Assembly: GCF_006345805.1 (NCBI RefSeq)
Contig: NC_043002.1
Coordinates: 79,360,001 to 79,424,000 of the forward strand
Length of the DNA: 64,000 nt
Reading direction: 5' to 3'
Origin: Octopus sinensis
Taxonomy: Eukaryota
The position numbers were made by a program, and so were the translations under genes. The notes below the pieces were generated by a model that searched no databases, was not told where the DNA came from, and was given only the letters and a program-made list of their open reading frames with translations. Positions 29,038-41,650 of the stretch are shown here, piece after piece; position 1 is the stretch's first letter, and each line of letters opens with the position of its first letter.

Positions 29038-29286
29038 CTAAGCATAAGGGTTAGCAACGAGTTGCCTTACCACATACCGAATTTAGAAATAGCAGTCAAA
29101 GGGTTATAGCTATTTCTTCTACTAAAAAGGGAGATCTCAGTAAAAACAGCATTTGGAAGGCACAAACAGTAAGAGAGAATGAATTGACTGCAATCTATCA
29201 TACATTTTTTAGTTATAACCCTTGACTGCTATTTCTAAATTCGTATGTGGTAAGGCAACTCGTTGCTAAACCCTTATTGCTTAGTA
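29036..29286. repeat. Inverted repeat, ~77-bp arms (29036-29112 / 29210-29286)
   Basis: TACTAAGCATAAGGGTTAGCAACGAGTTGCCTTACCACATA and its reverse complement, differing mainly by single-base indels. Confidence 0.85.
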
Positions 29287-29486
29287 TTACTTAAATTTTC
29301 CTCGAATGAGGCTTTTACATGCCGAAGACTACTTGGTGTAATTGATAATTTTCCAAATTAATTAATTTCACCCTTCATTATTACGGATACCATATTTTAT
29401 CTTAGTAGATGACCACAGCATCTTGTTTTGGCTACACGCGGGTGGGAAGGGCTGTTGACACAATCGTTTCATTCACAAATTGAATT

Positions 29487-29586
29487 NNNNNNNNNNNNNN
29501 NNNNNNNNNNNNNNNNNNNNNNNNNNNNNNNNNNNNNNNNNNNNNNNNNNNNNNNNNNNNNNNNNNNNNNNNNNNNNNNNNNNNNN
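29487..29586. other. Assembly gap (100 N)
   Basis: Run of exactly 100 N; contiguity across it is not guaranteed. Confidence 0.99.
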
Positions 29587-29789
29587 ATTACCGCTAGGCA
29601 TTTCGCCCGGAGTGCTAACGTTCCTGCCAGCTTGCTGCTGTTTCTAGCAGATCAAGTCACTTGGAAAAGATATAGAAGCTCCTTGGTTAGTTTTTTTTAG
29701 GGGGTTTGTATGACAATGATACGTAAGGAAACGATTAAAGTTATACATACCCATTACATACCACCGTTATTCACTTGTCTGTTGTAAGA

Positions 29790-30102
29790 TAAACAAAAGG
29801 TAAAGAGGAATGACGAGAAGATGCCGATGTTGCTGTTGAAGGTGATGCCGACGGCGCTGGAGACGATGATGGTAGTGATGATAGGGGTGGAGATGTTGAT
29901 GTTGTTGATGATGATGACGATGATGATGGCAGTGCTGTAGGTGGTGATAACGATGATGATGATGATGATAATGATGATGATGATGATGATGACGATGCCG
30001 GTTATGATGATGGTAGTGATGATAAGGGTGGAGATGTTGATGTTGTTGGTGATGATGACGATGATGATGGCAGTGCTGTAGGTGGTGATAACGATGATGA
30101 TG

Positions 30103-30144
<42 letters not shown>

Positions 30145-30300
30145 CCGGTTACTGTGATGATGGTGCTGGTGGCGATGGGATGATGGTAGGGTGGCGGTGG
30201 TAGTGCCGATGATAGTGGCGGCAGTGGCTTTGGTGTTTGTAGTGGTGGTGACGGTGAGGATAATGACGACGACGACGATGATGATGATGACGATGATGAC

Positions 30301-30333
<33 letters not shown>

Positions 30334-31953
30334 AATGATGATGATGATGATGATGATGATGATGGTTAAGATGATTAAGATTACGATTACGACGAGGAGG
30401 AGGATAATGAACATGACAGCGATGGTAAGGATAATGCTGATGATGTTTATGTTGATGATCATGATGATGATGATGACGACGACGGCGATTATGAGGAAGA
30501 GGAGGAGATGGTGGAAGAGAGCAAAAATATAAGGATGTCAAAGAATAATCACAAATTTGATTAAAATCACGAAACCAAGAAAAAAAACTAGTATTTGGAA
30601 AAGTAAAATACACAGAGAAATAGAGGAACACCAACAACAGCAATACCACGACCACCACCACAAACAGGAACGCTATCATAAATACATTCACCTACAACCA
30701 TCACATCCACCATCAACATCACGGTCGTGCCAACCACCAACACTAACACCAACACCACCACCACCAATGCAACAACCATCACCACTATCACCACCATCAC
30801 CATCATCGCCAACAGCACCAACATCATCAACGCTCTCATTAATAACTATTACCAGCATGATAATCACTATCAGCCTCATTTCGGAAATGACGACGACGAC
30901 GGCCGCCGCCGACGCCGCCGCCGCCTCCACCACCACCACCACCCCACACCACCACCCCCACCAACACCAACAACAACAACAACAACAACAACACCACCAC
31001 CACCTCCACCACCACCACCACCACCACCACCATTACTCCACGCCATTACTACACCACCATTACCTTTACTTACAACCCTACCTAACCCCAGCACCACCTC
31101 CTTACAACCATGGTTATGGTGGTGGTGGTGGTGGCGCCGGTAATGGTAGTGATAGGGGTGGTAGTCGTGTGGTGTGTGTGGTGTAAGTAATGGATTACTT
31201 ACACCACACAACTACCACTACTACCATACCACTACCATACCACCACCACTATTACTGGCACCACCCACCACCACCACCATTACCATCAGCACTACCACTA
31301 TCACCACCTCCACCACTACCACCTATTACCAACCCCGGTATAACTTCCATTATCACCACATCCCATTACCACACACCCTAATCCCGTCACCTCCACCACT
31401 ACCACCAACACTGCACCACTGTCACCGCCGCCACTGCAACCGCCACCACCACCGCCTCCCCATGACCAACACTAAACTCTACGACAACCACCACTAACAC
31501 AAATACTATCAACTAGCAAACCACCGTCACTGCCACCCCCCACACCGGAACTCACCGCCACTACAATTACCCCCACCGTTAATACTACCACCACTACTAC
31601 TAAAACCACCACCATTATTAATAATAGTACCACTACTGCCATCTAAACCACTAGTGCTACCACTACCACTAATACTACTACTGCCACTACCAGAACTGCC
31701 ACTGCCAAATTCCTGAACCCCACCACCACTACGCCCAGCACAACCATTACTTCAGCAAAACAGTATACCTTCCGCAACATAACCAACACCACCAATACTG
31801 CCGCAAATACTAGTAATACTACTGCGCTAACGCCATCACCGACACCACCACGAGAACATCTCTATCTTCGCTGTTCTTCTTTAACAGGTCTGTCGATAGA
31901 TGCAGTTTTAAAGAGCATACTATAAACGTTATTACAAAATCACACAGACAAAC

Positions 31954-32036
<83 letters not shown>

Positions 32037-32240
32037 TAATAATAATAGTAGTAATAATAATAAAAATGATTTCATTTATTTGCCACCAGGGCGAAGGATG
32101 AGGGATACTGCAACAACAACAACGACAACAAAAATAATAATCATAAAGATAATAATAATAATAATAATAATGGTGATAATAATAATGATGATAATAATAG
32201 TAATGATAATTATAATAATAATAATATAATAATAATAATA

Positions 32241-32311
<71 letters not shown>

Positions 32312-32419
32312 TGATGATTCCATTTATTTGCCACCAGGGCGAAGGATGAGGGTACAACAACAACAACAACAACAATAATAATCGTGATAATAATAACGAT
32401 AATAATAATATTGATAAGA

Positions 32420-32462
<43 letters not shown>

Positions 32463-32473
32463 TAATAATAATG

Positions 32474-32534
<61 letters not shown>

Positions 32535-32550
32535 TGATGATGATGATGAT
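29790..32550. repeat. Compound trinucleotide repeats: (GAT)n, (CAC)n, (TAA)n
   Basis: Directly visible; source of the poly-H/M/I/Y/P ORFs. Confidence 0.9.
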
Positions 32551-34057
32551 GGTTTCGTTTTTTAATTGTTCTTCCGTGCATTATGTTACATTCTGTTTGA
32601 ATGCGTCAATCACACCTTTAAGCAGTTGATATATTGAACGACTGTTGATTTGGTTCTAACTAGCAACATGAAGAAAGGAAACTGGCAAAGACGGTACATT
32701 TGTTTATTTATTCATTTTGTTGTCGGTCTGTGTGTGTGTGTGTGCTTACTTGAGTGTGTGTGTTTGTGAGCATGTGTGTGTATGTGTATAAGAGAGAGAG
32801 AGAGAGTGAGAGATTGATAGATAGAGAGAGAGTGTGTGAATGTATGAGTGTGTTTGTATGTAAATGTTTTAAGGGAACTGAATGGCGCCAAACCACTTTC
32901 ATTGGTTGTGGGGGGAAATGTGATGTTATGTTCATATGCTTGGGTGTATGAGTGTGAGTGAGTGCATAAGTGTCGGTGTGAATAAGTGCTTGTATGAGTG
33001 TGAGTGTATGAGAAAGAGAAAGAGAGAGATAGAGAGACAGAGAGAGAAAGAGAGAATTGTGTGCATTTTTTTAAGGAAGCTGAATGGCGCCAAATCACTT
33101 TTGGTGGTTGTGGAGGAAATATGATGTTTGTGTGTGTATGTATGCATCAGTTAGGCTCCGCGTGTGTGTGTCTACATGCAAGTGTAATGTGCACGCGTTT
33201 TAGTGTGTTAGTATGTCAATGTGTATAAGTGTGTGTGTGTGTATGTGTGTGTGTGTGTGTGTGCGTGTGTCAGTATGTCAGTGTGTCACGATGTACATGT
33301 ATGAATAAAGATGCGTATTTTAGTTCTTTTGTCCTGTGCAGCTTCGATTTCTCTTGTTTGGCATGTCTGGTGGTGGTGGTGGCGATGGTGGTAGAGATGG
33401 TGGGGGTTGTGGTGGTGGTGGTAGAGATGGTTGCGGTCGAGGTGGTGGTGGTAGAAATGGTTGTGGTGGAGGGGGGTAGGGGGTGAAGGTGATGGAGGTA
33501 GCGGTGGCGGTCGGTGGTGGTGGTGGTAGTGGTTGGGTGTTACGGTGTATCTGCGTGAGGGTGGGGTGCAACTAACATTGTGCATGCGCAGGTATGCATG
33601 TGTGTGTATGTGTGTGTGTGTGATGTGTGCAAGTATATATATAGACATGTGTGCATACGTGCGTTTCTGGGATAAGGTGCATTGACGTTCTTTTGTTAAT
33701 AGTGCTTCGATCTATGCCATATTTGGTTGGGGAGGGATAAATGGAAAAGAAAGAGGAAGAGAGAGAGAAAGGAGAGAGAGAGAGAGAGAGAGACAGACAG
33801 AGAGAGAGAGACAGAGAGAGACAGAGAAAAAGGGGAAGAGGAAAAAGAGGGAGAGAAGAAACAGAGAGAGAGAGCGAGAGGTGAGAGAGTAGGGCATTGT
33901 TAGTCTACGATGACGAAGTTTGACGTGTCTGTGTATGCGCACGTATGTGAGTGTGGAAGGGCAGGGGATCGGGTTTCATCGGTGCACTCTTTTCACATCT
34001 GTATAGCAACTTGCTGTGCCGTAATTTTCATATGTACCGATTCCGGTGCACATAGAC

Positions 34058-34096
<39 letters not shown>

Positions 34097-34320
34097 GAGT
34101 AATCCCTCGACTATCGCGGGTGTTACATTCCAAAACTGCACACGATAGGGGAAATTTCGCGAAGCAGAAATAGTACTGTAATGTATATATTATTTTTGTT
34201 ATTTTTATAATTTGTATATATTTATTTTATTATAAATGTAAAACAACACCACGGACGAATTGACGTAAGCTTAAATAATAAATTCCGATAGGTGAACGGT
34301 GATATGAAGAGAAGTCCATG
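34097..34320. mobile_element. Decayed pogo/Tigger-like MITE
   Basis: Left end AGTAATCCCTCGACTATCGCGG; right end only a weak inverted match; AT-rich interior. Confidence 0.3.
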
Positions 34321-34338
34321 AGTGTGTGTGTCTGTGTT

Positions 34339-34427
<89 letters not shown>

Positions 34428-34649
34428 TCACAAAACAAAAGACGAAGACAGGTGGTGTAGACAACTAAAAAATGTATTAGTATTACCCTCGAGAAGTGAA
34501 AAAGTATTTAACAAGTTTGAGAAACGGACGAAAGCGTTAATAATAATGAAGAAATAAGATTTTCCAAAATTTCTCAGTATATATATCTATAAATAAATAC
34601 ATGTATTCATGTATCTGTATATATGCAAATATATAATGTAATCTATATA

Positions 34650-34695
<46 letters not shown>

Positions 34696-35071
34696 TTTGT
34701 GCGTGTGGATGTGTCGGCGTGCATACATCCTTTATTCTCTCGTCAATTTCTCTCGCCCCAGGCACGCATCTACGCATACCTATATATATATTTATATATT
34801 CCTATATGCGTGTTAATGTATAATTCTATCCCTGGATATAAATGTATCAGAAGGTTATACATTAACACGAATAGGAAGATACCCATACGTATCACAACTG
34901 TTATGTATGTACTTATGTACGTACGTATTGTGTATGTCTGTCTCTCTGTATGTATGTACGTATTTGTATATGTATGAATATGATATTTTTATATATGCTT
35001 AGTCATCTTGTTCAAATTCATGCCATTGGTCACTCTCAGTTATCACTTTTAACACAAGTTCGCTTCATATG

Positions 35072-35118
<47 letters not shown>

Positions 35119-35288
35119 GTCTGCTGTCTGTCGTCTGTCTATCTATCTATCTATCTATTATCTATTATCTATCTATCTATCTATCTGTCTGTTTCTTTCT
35201 GCGTCTATCTGTCTATCATATCTATCTATCTATCTATTATTATCTATCTATCTATTCTATCTATCTATCTATCTATATCTATCTGTCG

Positions 35289-35333
<45 letters not shown>

Positions 35334-35385
35334 TCTACTATCTATCTATCTATCTATCTCGTCTGTCTTTCTGGCTGTCTATCTG

Positions 35386-35465
<80 letters not shown>

Positions 35466-35467
<2 letters not shown>

Positions 35468-35594
35468 AACAACGCGAGGACGTGGAACAAGTATAGTATT
35501 ATTGGACGCTCAGGAAAGAAGGGGGGTTTAACGTTTCGAGCGGAGCTCTTCGTCAGAAACATAGAAAAAGGAAAGATCCAAAGAAGGGAAATTC
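35466..35594 (-). mobile_element. Short Penelope-like terminal-repeat remnant carrying a minimal hammerhead
   Basis: Non-repetitive island between (TCTA)n and (CATA)n tracts that contains the motif at 35526-35560. The Penelope assignment is inferred from the ribozyme type only. Confidence 0.5.
35526..35560 (-). ncRNA. Minimal type I hammerhead ribozyme motif
   Basis: GTTT CTGACGA A GAGC-TCC-GCTC GAAA CG TT AAAC: 4-bp stem I, intact core, 4-bp stem II, palindromic AACGTT stem III. Confidence 0.75.
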
Positions 35595-35599
35595 ATACA

Positions 35600-35635
<36 letters not shown>

Positions 35636-35637
35636 TA

Positions 35638-37201
35638 CAGTTGCGGCCAAAATGTTAAGAACGGCATTGTTTTCGCCAGAAACGTAGGTATAAGTTTTTA
35701 TCAAAGTTGTTTTATATTCTATAATTTTCACAGACAATAAATACGATATTAATTGTTATTGTCTGAGATTTTGGTGTAATGTGAGAGGATAATACAAAAG
35801 TTATGGATGATTTAGTGATTTACTGCAAACCCCATGGCGGCCAAAATGATCAGAACGGATACTTTTACTCCATGTTTTAGTATATTTAACCGGCGAACTC
35901 TAATGTTTTGAATTTGTTTACGTGACGGTTCATTTACTAAACATTAGTAAGAATATCTGCAGTGTACTTTGTTAATATAATGCCTCTTACTCCGTTATCA
36001 ATTCGTCAGCAGATTATTAAGCTTCGAAAGATGGATAAAAGGTCTTCGATGATTGTAGTTCGTGTGAAGCAAGAAAATCTACAGATAGGCCAAGAAAAAC
36101 GACCAAGAGAGAAGATCGTGCTATGGTAAAGTTGGTTAAAAAGGACAGATTTAAAACTGCTGTTGCTGTTTCTCGGGAATTGAGCATTGTACTGAAGAAA
36201 ACTTTATCTCGAAAAACTGTGTCTCGTCGTTTAGTTGAACATGACCTACAAGCAAGAGCACCTGCAGTGAAGCCACTGATCAGCTCCAAGAATAAAAAGT
36301 GTTGTCTTACCTTTGCAACCGAACATGTGTTGTGGTCTCAAGAAAAATGGCAAACGGTGCATTTCAGTGATGAATCTAAGTTTATGTTATTTGGCTCAGA
36401 TGGGAAAAGGTACGTTCGTTGAAAAGTAGGTGAAAAATTGTCGCCTAAATGCCTAAGACTAGTGTTAAATTCGGTAGAGGAAGTGTCATGGTTTGGGGGA
36501 TGATATATCTGAAAGGTGTGGGCCCTTTGGTGCGATTACATGGAAAGGTAAATGCAGGAGTTTATAAACAACTTGTAAAAGATCATGCTTGCCTGTGCTG
36601 AGAAATTCAACTAAGGCGACCATCCAATTCAAGCAGGACAATGCCCCATGTCACAAGGCTAAGGTGGTCATGAACTTCCTCAAGGCTAAAAAAGTTATTA
36701 CTATGGATTGGCCTGCTCAAAGCCCAGATCTCAATCCTATTGAAAATGTATGGAATATTCTAGGAGAACGTTCGAAAGCCAGAAATCCTAAAACAACCGA
36801 GCAATTATGGAATGCCCTTCAGGAAGAATGGAATAAGATTATCTAGCAAGAAATTGAAAATTTAATTTCCTCATGCAGTCGAAGATGTCAGAGTGTGATT
36901 GAAGCTAAAGGGCTTCACACTAAATATGAAATAATTCCAGTATTCTCTGTCATTTTTTATTATTTTGTTATTTTTTCAACCTTTTTGATCATTTTGGCCG
37001 CCATGGGTTTTGCAGTAAATCACCACATCATCCATAACTTTTGTATTATCCTCTCAAATTACACCCAAATCTCAGACAATAAACAATTAATATCGTATTT
37101 ATTGTCTTTGAAAATTATAGAATAATAAACAACTTCGATAAAAACTTATACCTACGTTTCTGGCGAAAACAATGCCGTTCTTAACATTTTGGCCGCAACT
37201 G
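35638..37201 (+). mobile_element. Tc1-family DNA transposon (DD34E) with ~215-bp IR-DR type TIRs; transposase disrupted
   Basis: TA|CAGTTGCGGCCAAAATG...CATTTTGGCCGCAACTG|TA, with an inner repeat GCGGCCAAAATG in each TIR. Motifs FSDESKF, QDNAPCH, WPAQSPDLNPIENVW; stops and frameshifts present. Confidence 0.95.
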
Positions 37202-37223
37202 TATATATGTATATATCTATATT

Positions 37224-37720
37224 AATTTAAAAATAGGATAAAATCTTTATAAGAATTTATCAAGTAGTTAGCGTGAAAAACCTCATGAGGGAAAAAAAAC
37301 CATCGATTTTTCTTCTTAAATATATTTATTTATTTTTGGGCATTTCTATACATAAATGCCACACTCTTAACGTCAAAACTACCAAAATAAATAAACATTC
37401 TGTACGCTCAAATCCACTTTTTAATCCTCAATGTAAGCATAATTCAATATATATAAAAAAAAGAACAAAAATCAACATACCAGACGAACACCCAATGTAT
37501 CCAGCGTAGCATATAGGCGGGCTTTTTCGAATTGCATCTTGGTACAACGTGTTTATTCAGAATAAAATTCAGCAGTGAATATACTCGGTTAAATTTACAA
37601 ATTTAAAAATAGGATAAAATCTTTATAAGAATTTATCAAGAAGTTAGCGTGAAAAACCTCGTAAGGGAAAATGCATCAATTTATATATTGATGGCATTAT
37701 TATACATAAATGCCACACAT
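37224..37720. repeat. ~376-bp tandem repeat (about 1.3 copies) related to the 474-bp unit
   Basis: AATTTAAAAATAGGATAAAATCTTTATAAG at 37224 and 37600; colinear anchor motifs shared with the 57.7-61.2 kb unit. Confidence 0.7.
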
Positions 37721-37754
37721 AATATAATATAAAATAATATAAGATATATGTTGG

Positions 37755-37945
37755 TTTCGAATTTTGGCACATGGCCGGCAAGTTCAGAGGAGGGGTCTAG
37801 TCAATTTCATTGAAACCAGTGCTCAACTAATGGTTATCTTACTGAGCCCGAAAGGGACGAAAGGCAAACTCACAACATAAAGACGGACGAATGGTTGCTG
37901 AGCATTTTCCCCGTTGGCCCTACGCTTCTGTCAGTTCGCCGCCAT
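37755..37945 (-). mobile_element. Decayed tRNA-derived SINE (GGCGGCGAxCTGxCAGAA head family)
   Basis: GGTTTCGAATTTTGGCACA...CTTCTGTCAGTTCGCCGCC; related fragments at 5510-5640, 29587-29635 and 50879-50925. Confidence 0.55.
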
Positions 37946-37966
37946 AAGGACAAGTACAATATAATA

Positions 37967-38167
37967 CAGGGTTTGCCAAATGTCATCCGACAGTGATTAA
38001 CTGGAACCCTCGTTGTCTGGTTATGAATGTTTAATAATTGAATCCTGTGAGTTGAAAAAAATCAATATTTGTCTATTTATTGGCGAAGTCTCATAAAATT
38101 ATTTTTTGTTTTAATCTTGCAATTAAATGGTTTTCATTTACTGTCAGGTGACTTTTGGCCAACCCTG
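37967..38167. mobile_element. Tc1/mariner-type MITE
   Basis: TA|CAGGGTTTGCCAAATGTCATCCGACAGT...ACTGTCAGGTGACTTTTGGCCAACCCTG|TA. Confidence 0.8.
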
Positions 38168-38195
38168 TATATATATATATATATATATTATTTAT

Positions 38196-38566
38196 GTAGG
38201 TGCAGGCGTGGCTATGTGGTAAGAAGCTTGCTTCACAACGACATGATTCTGGGTTCAGTCCCACAGCGTGGCACCTTGGGCAAGTGCCTTTTACTATAGC
38301 CTTGTGAGTGGATTTGGTAGACGGAAACCGAAACAAGCCCGTCGTATATATATGTATATATTTATGTGTGTTTGTTTCTGTCTGTATTTGTCCCCCCACC
38401 ATCGCTTGACAACCGATGTTGGTGTGTTTACGTCTCCGTAACATAGCAGTTCGGCAGAAGAGAACCAATAGAATAAGCACCAGGCTTAAAAAGAATAAGT
38501 CCTGGGATAAATTTATTCGACTAAAAGGCGGTGCTTCAGTTGATTGAAACAAATAAAAGAATAAGA
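38196..38566 (+). mobile_element. OR1/OR2-like SINE, near full length
   Basis: GGCGTGGCTATGTGGTAAG head, GGGTTCAGTCCCAC B box, CTTGGGCAAGTG core and 3' half. Confidence 0.8.
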
Positions 38567-38581
38567 GAATATATACTATAT

Positions 38582-38920
38582 GTGGAGGCTCAATGGCCCA
38601 GTGGCTAGGACTCGTGGCTTTGATTCCCAGACAGGGCGTTGTGAGTGTTTATTGACCGAAAACACCTAAAGCTCCACGAAGCTCTGGCAGGGGGGTGGGG
38701 GTGGATTACCCTGCTGTACTCTTTCACCACAACTTTCTCTACGTGTTTCTGTTGCACCATTATTTAAAAGGGCCGGCCTAGTCACTCTGTGTCACGCTGA
38801 ATCTCCCCCACGGGTACACGTGTCTGTGGAGTGCTCAGCCACTTGCACGTTAATTTCACGTGTAGGCTGTTCCGTTGGCCGGATTAACTGGAACCCTCGT
38901 CGTCGTAACCGACGGAGTGG
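38582..38920 (+). mobile_element. Third SINE family copy (tRNA-like head, distinct tail)
   Basis: GGAGGCTCAATGGCCCAGTGGCTAGG head; tail CACTTGCACGTTAATTTCACG...AACTGGAACCCTCGTCGTCGTAACCGACGGAG. Confidence 0.55.
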
Positions 38921-39817
38921 CACGATATATAATATAATATAATACATATAGTGAGAGAAAGGGAAAGAGAAAGGGAAGCGTACAGATAAAGGCACTCCTA
39001 TAGTGTTAAGGTGGAATCTCATAGGCAACATATTATTATACTTAAAATGTATTGTTACTTAGAAGATAAAAGTGCCGTATTAGTCATGAGACTCTCTTAC
39101 GGTACACATTTTAGCTGATGGATAAGAACCCCTGGGAGAGTTTAAAATGTGCATGCAAGACGCCAGTATTCAAGATGGATGACATTCATGAAAACAGCGC
39201 TCTTCTCCAGCTAGATGAGTCATTCTGCCAACATATCTATCTCTTCCCTGTGACTCAACATGTCGCTGAGGCGTGATCGCTCCGTGGCCCCTTACGTAGT
39301 CATTGGTTTGATGAATGCAAGGCTGAGCCTGCGTTTAAGCATTTTTCCGACAGTTCCAACTAAATTAGTGCTTTTTCGATAGTGTTTAGTTTTCCGAACA
39401 CTAAGCTTCTTCTGCTTTCTGACATAAATATTGTTGGAAATTCCAACAATTCTACGCGGGTAAAAACAAAGAAAAGCCAGCACAATCCTGATGAGGATAA
39501 ATGGTCTGACAAGTGCGAAATATTGACGTTCAAATGTGTTTCTTCAACGAAAAACGCGTTGAGAAAGAGATTCTTCGTTGAATTTCAATATATACACAGC
39601 AATGGCTGTATGGTCAATAAGTTCTCTTCGCAGCCAAGTAAATTCGGGTTCAGTCCCACTGTACGCAAGCGACTTCTACTATAGCACCAAGTCGACCAAT
39701 GAACTGTAAATGAATTTAGTAGACGGAAACCGTGTGGAAGCTCGTCGCATGCATATATACGTACGTAAGTAAATGCGTATGTATATATGCATTTATATAA
39801 GTATGTATGTATGTATG

Positions 39818-39851
<34 letters not shown>

Positions 39852-39949
39852 TGTGTATGTATGTATGTATGTATGTATGTATATATGCAGGCAGGCAATG
39901 TAGCTAGTTAGAAAATCTCAGTAAGAGACGAAAGTAGTAACTATGAGAA

Positions 39950-40335
39950 ACTAGCAGTATTACCCGGCGTTGCTCGGAGTTTCGACCCTTTAGAATTGGA
40001 AATTTTGAAAAGTAAAGATGTTGCATTATGTAGCTTGTTATTCTCTTTAAGTGAACATTTTTCTGGTTGAAATACACTGAAAAATGGCGACACAGCAGTC
40101 AAAAAATCGTAAAAAATAGGGATTTTCATAGAAAAAAAGCACCTTTTTGATGTAAATAATTTTTGGTGTTAACATGGTCCGATTTGAAATTTATCTTCTA
40201 CGGAAGAAAGAGCAAGCCTTCTTCTATCATACTTTCAATTTTGGTCAACTTGCGCCGCAGGGTCTCGGAGGAGATAGTGTTAGTTGAAGGCTACCAAACC
40301 TGCCATACACAGACAACTTCAACTTTATATAGAGA
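39950..40335 (+). mobile_element. Non-autonomous Helentron/DINE-like element
   Basis: Start ACTAGCAGTATTACCCGGCGTTGCTCGG and end ACAGACAACTTCAACTTTATATAGAG resemble the termini of this class; no coding capacity. Confidence 0.45.
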
Positions 40336-40340
40336 AAATA

Positions 40341-40378
<38 letters not shown>

Positions 40379-40411
40379 TTACTTGTAACCCGTACTTTTC
40401 CTCCGCTTCTA

Positions 40412-41650
40412 TTAGGTTGCCAAAAAATTCTTGCGGAATTTAAAATTTTGGTTTTAAATGATGTATTTTCAAATTAATTTTCGCGTTAAATTTGACTTTA
40501 TATATCATTTTAAAGTCCGTTTTTTGCTCCATCTAATCATGTTACTCTTTTTCTTTTCGAATAATTAGGCCATTTTTTCCGGAACGTTGAATACAACATG
40601 GGCAAAAAGCAAATTCGCACAATTTTCTTATTCCAGTTCAAGCTAGGCCGAAATGCTGCTGAAACAGCTCGCGATATCAACGATGCGTTCGGCCCAGGAA
40701 CCACTAATGAATGTACAGCACAATTGTGGTTCAAGAAATTTCGTAGCGGTGACGAGTCCTGAAGATGATAAGCGTAGTGGTCGGCCATCGGATGTTAACA
40801 ATGATCAACTAAGAGCCTTAGTGGAAGCCAATCTACGCACAACTGCTCGAGAGCTTGCTTCTGAATTAGACGTAACGTATACGACAATTTCCAACCACTT
40901 GAAAGAGATTGGAATAACAAAAATACTTGAGATACTTGCCGCACGAATTGAACGACAAAAAAAACGCCGTTTTGAAGTGTCGTCTTCCCTTGTTTTACGT
41001 TTTACGCAACAAGAACGACCCGTTTCTCGACCGGTTGTGACTTGCGATGAAAAGTGGATTCTTTACGACAACCGGCAACGCTTAGCTCAGTGGCTGCACG
41101 CCGACGAAGCTCCACGGCACTTTCCGAAGCCAAAGTTGCACCAAAAGAATGTCATAGTGACTGTTTGGTGGTCTGCAGTCGGTTTCAGCTTTTTGGATCC
41201 AGGCGAAACCATTATTGTGGAGAAGTACTGTCAGCAAATGTATGAAATGCATAAGAAATTCCGACAACAACTGCCAGCATTGGTCAATAGAAAAGGAACA
41301 ATTCTTCTCCACGACAACGCTCGGCTGCACGTCGCATAACTGACCCTGCGAATTGGGCTACGAAACACTTCCTCATCTGCCAAACTTACAAGACCTCTCG
41401 CCTACCGACTACCACTTTTTCAAGCATCTCGACAACTTCCTGAGAAATGCTTCAAAGACCAAGACGATGCCAAACACGCCTTCAACAATTTCATCGCCAT
41501 CAGAACGCAGGCTTGTTACGCTACTGGCATAAATAAACTTGCTTCGCATTGGCGACAGTGTGTTGATTCTGATGGTGTTTATTTCGGTTAATAAAATTTT
41601 GTTTGAGCCGAGATATGTTAAAAACCGCAAGAACTTTCTTGACAACCTAA
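40412..41650 (+). mobile_element. Mariner transposon (DD34D, Hsmar1-like), decayed
   Basis: TA|TTAGGTTGCCAAAAAATTCTTGCGG...CCGCAAGAACTTTCTTGACAACCTAA|TA. ATG at 40598 (MGKKQIRTIFLFQFKLG), then VTCDEKW, HDNAR and SPTDYHFF. Confidence 0.92.

Noticed and set aside
29400-29700. ORF 29428-29700 and any structure spanning the N run
   Set aside because: It crosses an assembly gap, so the two sides may not be adjacent.
39481-39535. CTGATGA...GAAA candidate ribozyme
   Set aside because: Stem II does not pair and stem I has only 2 bp.
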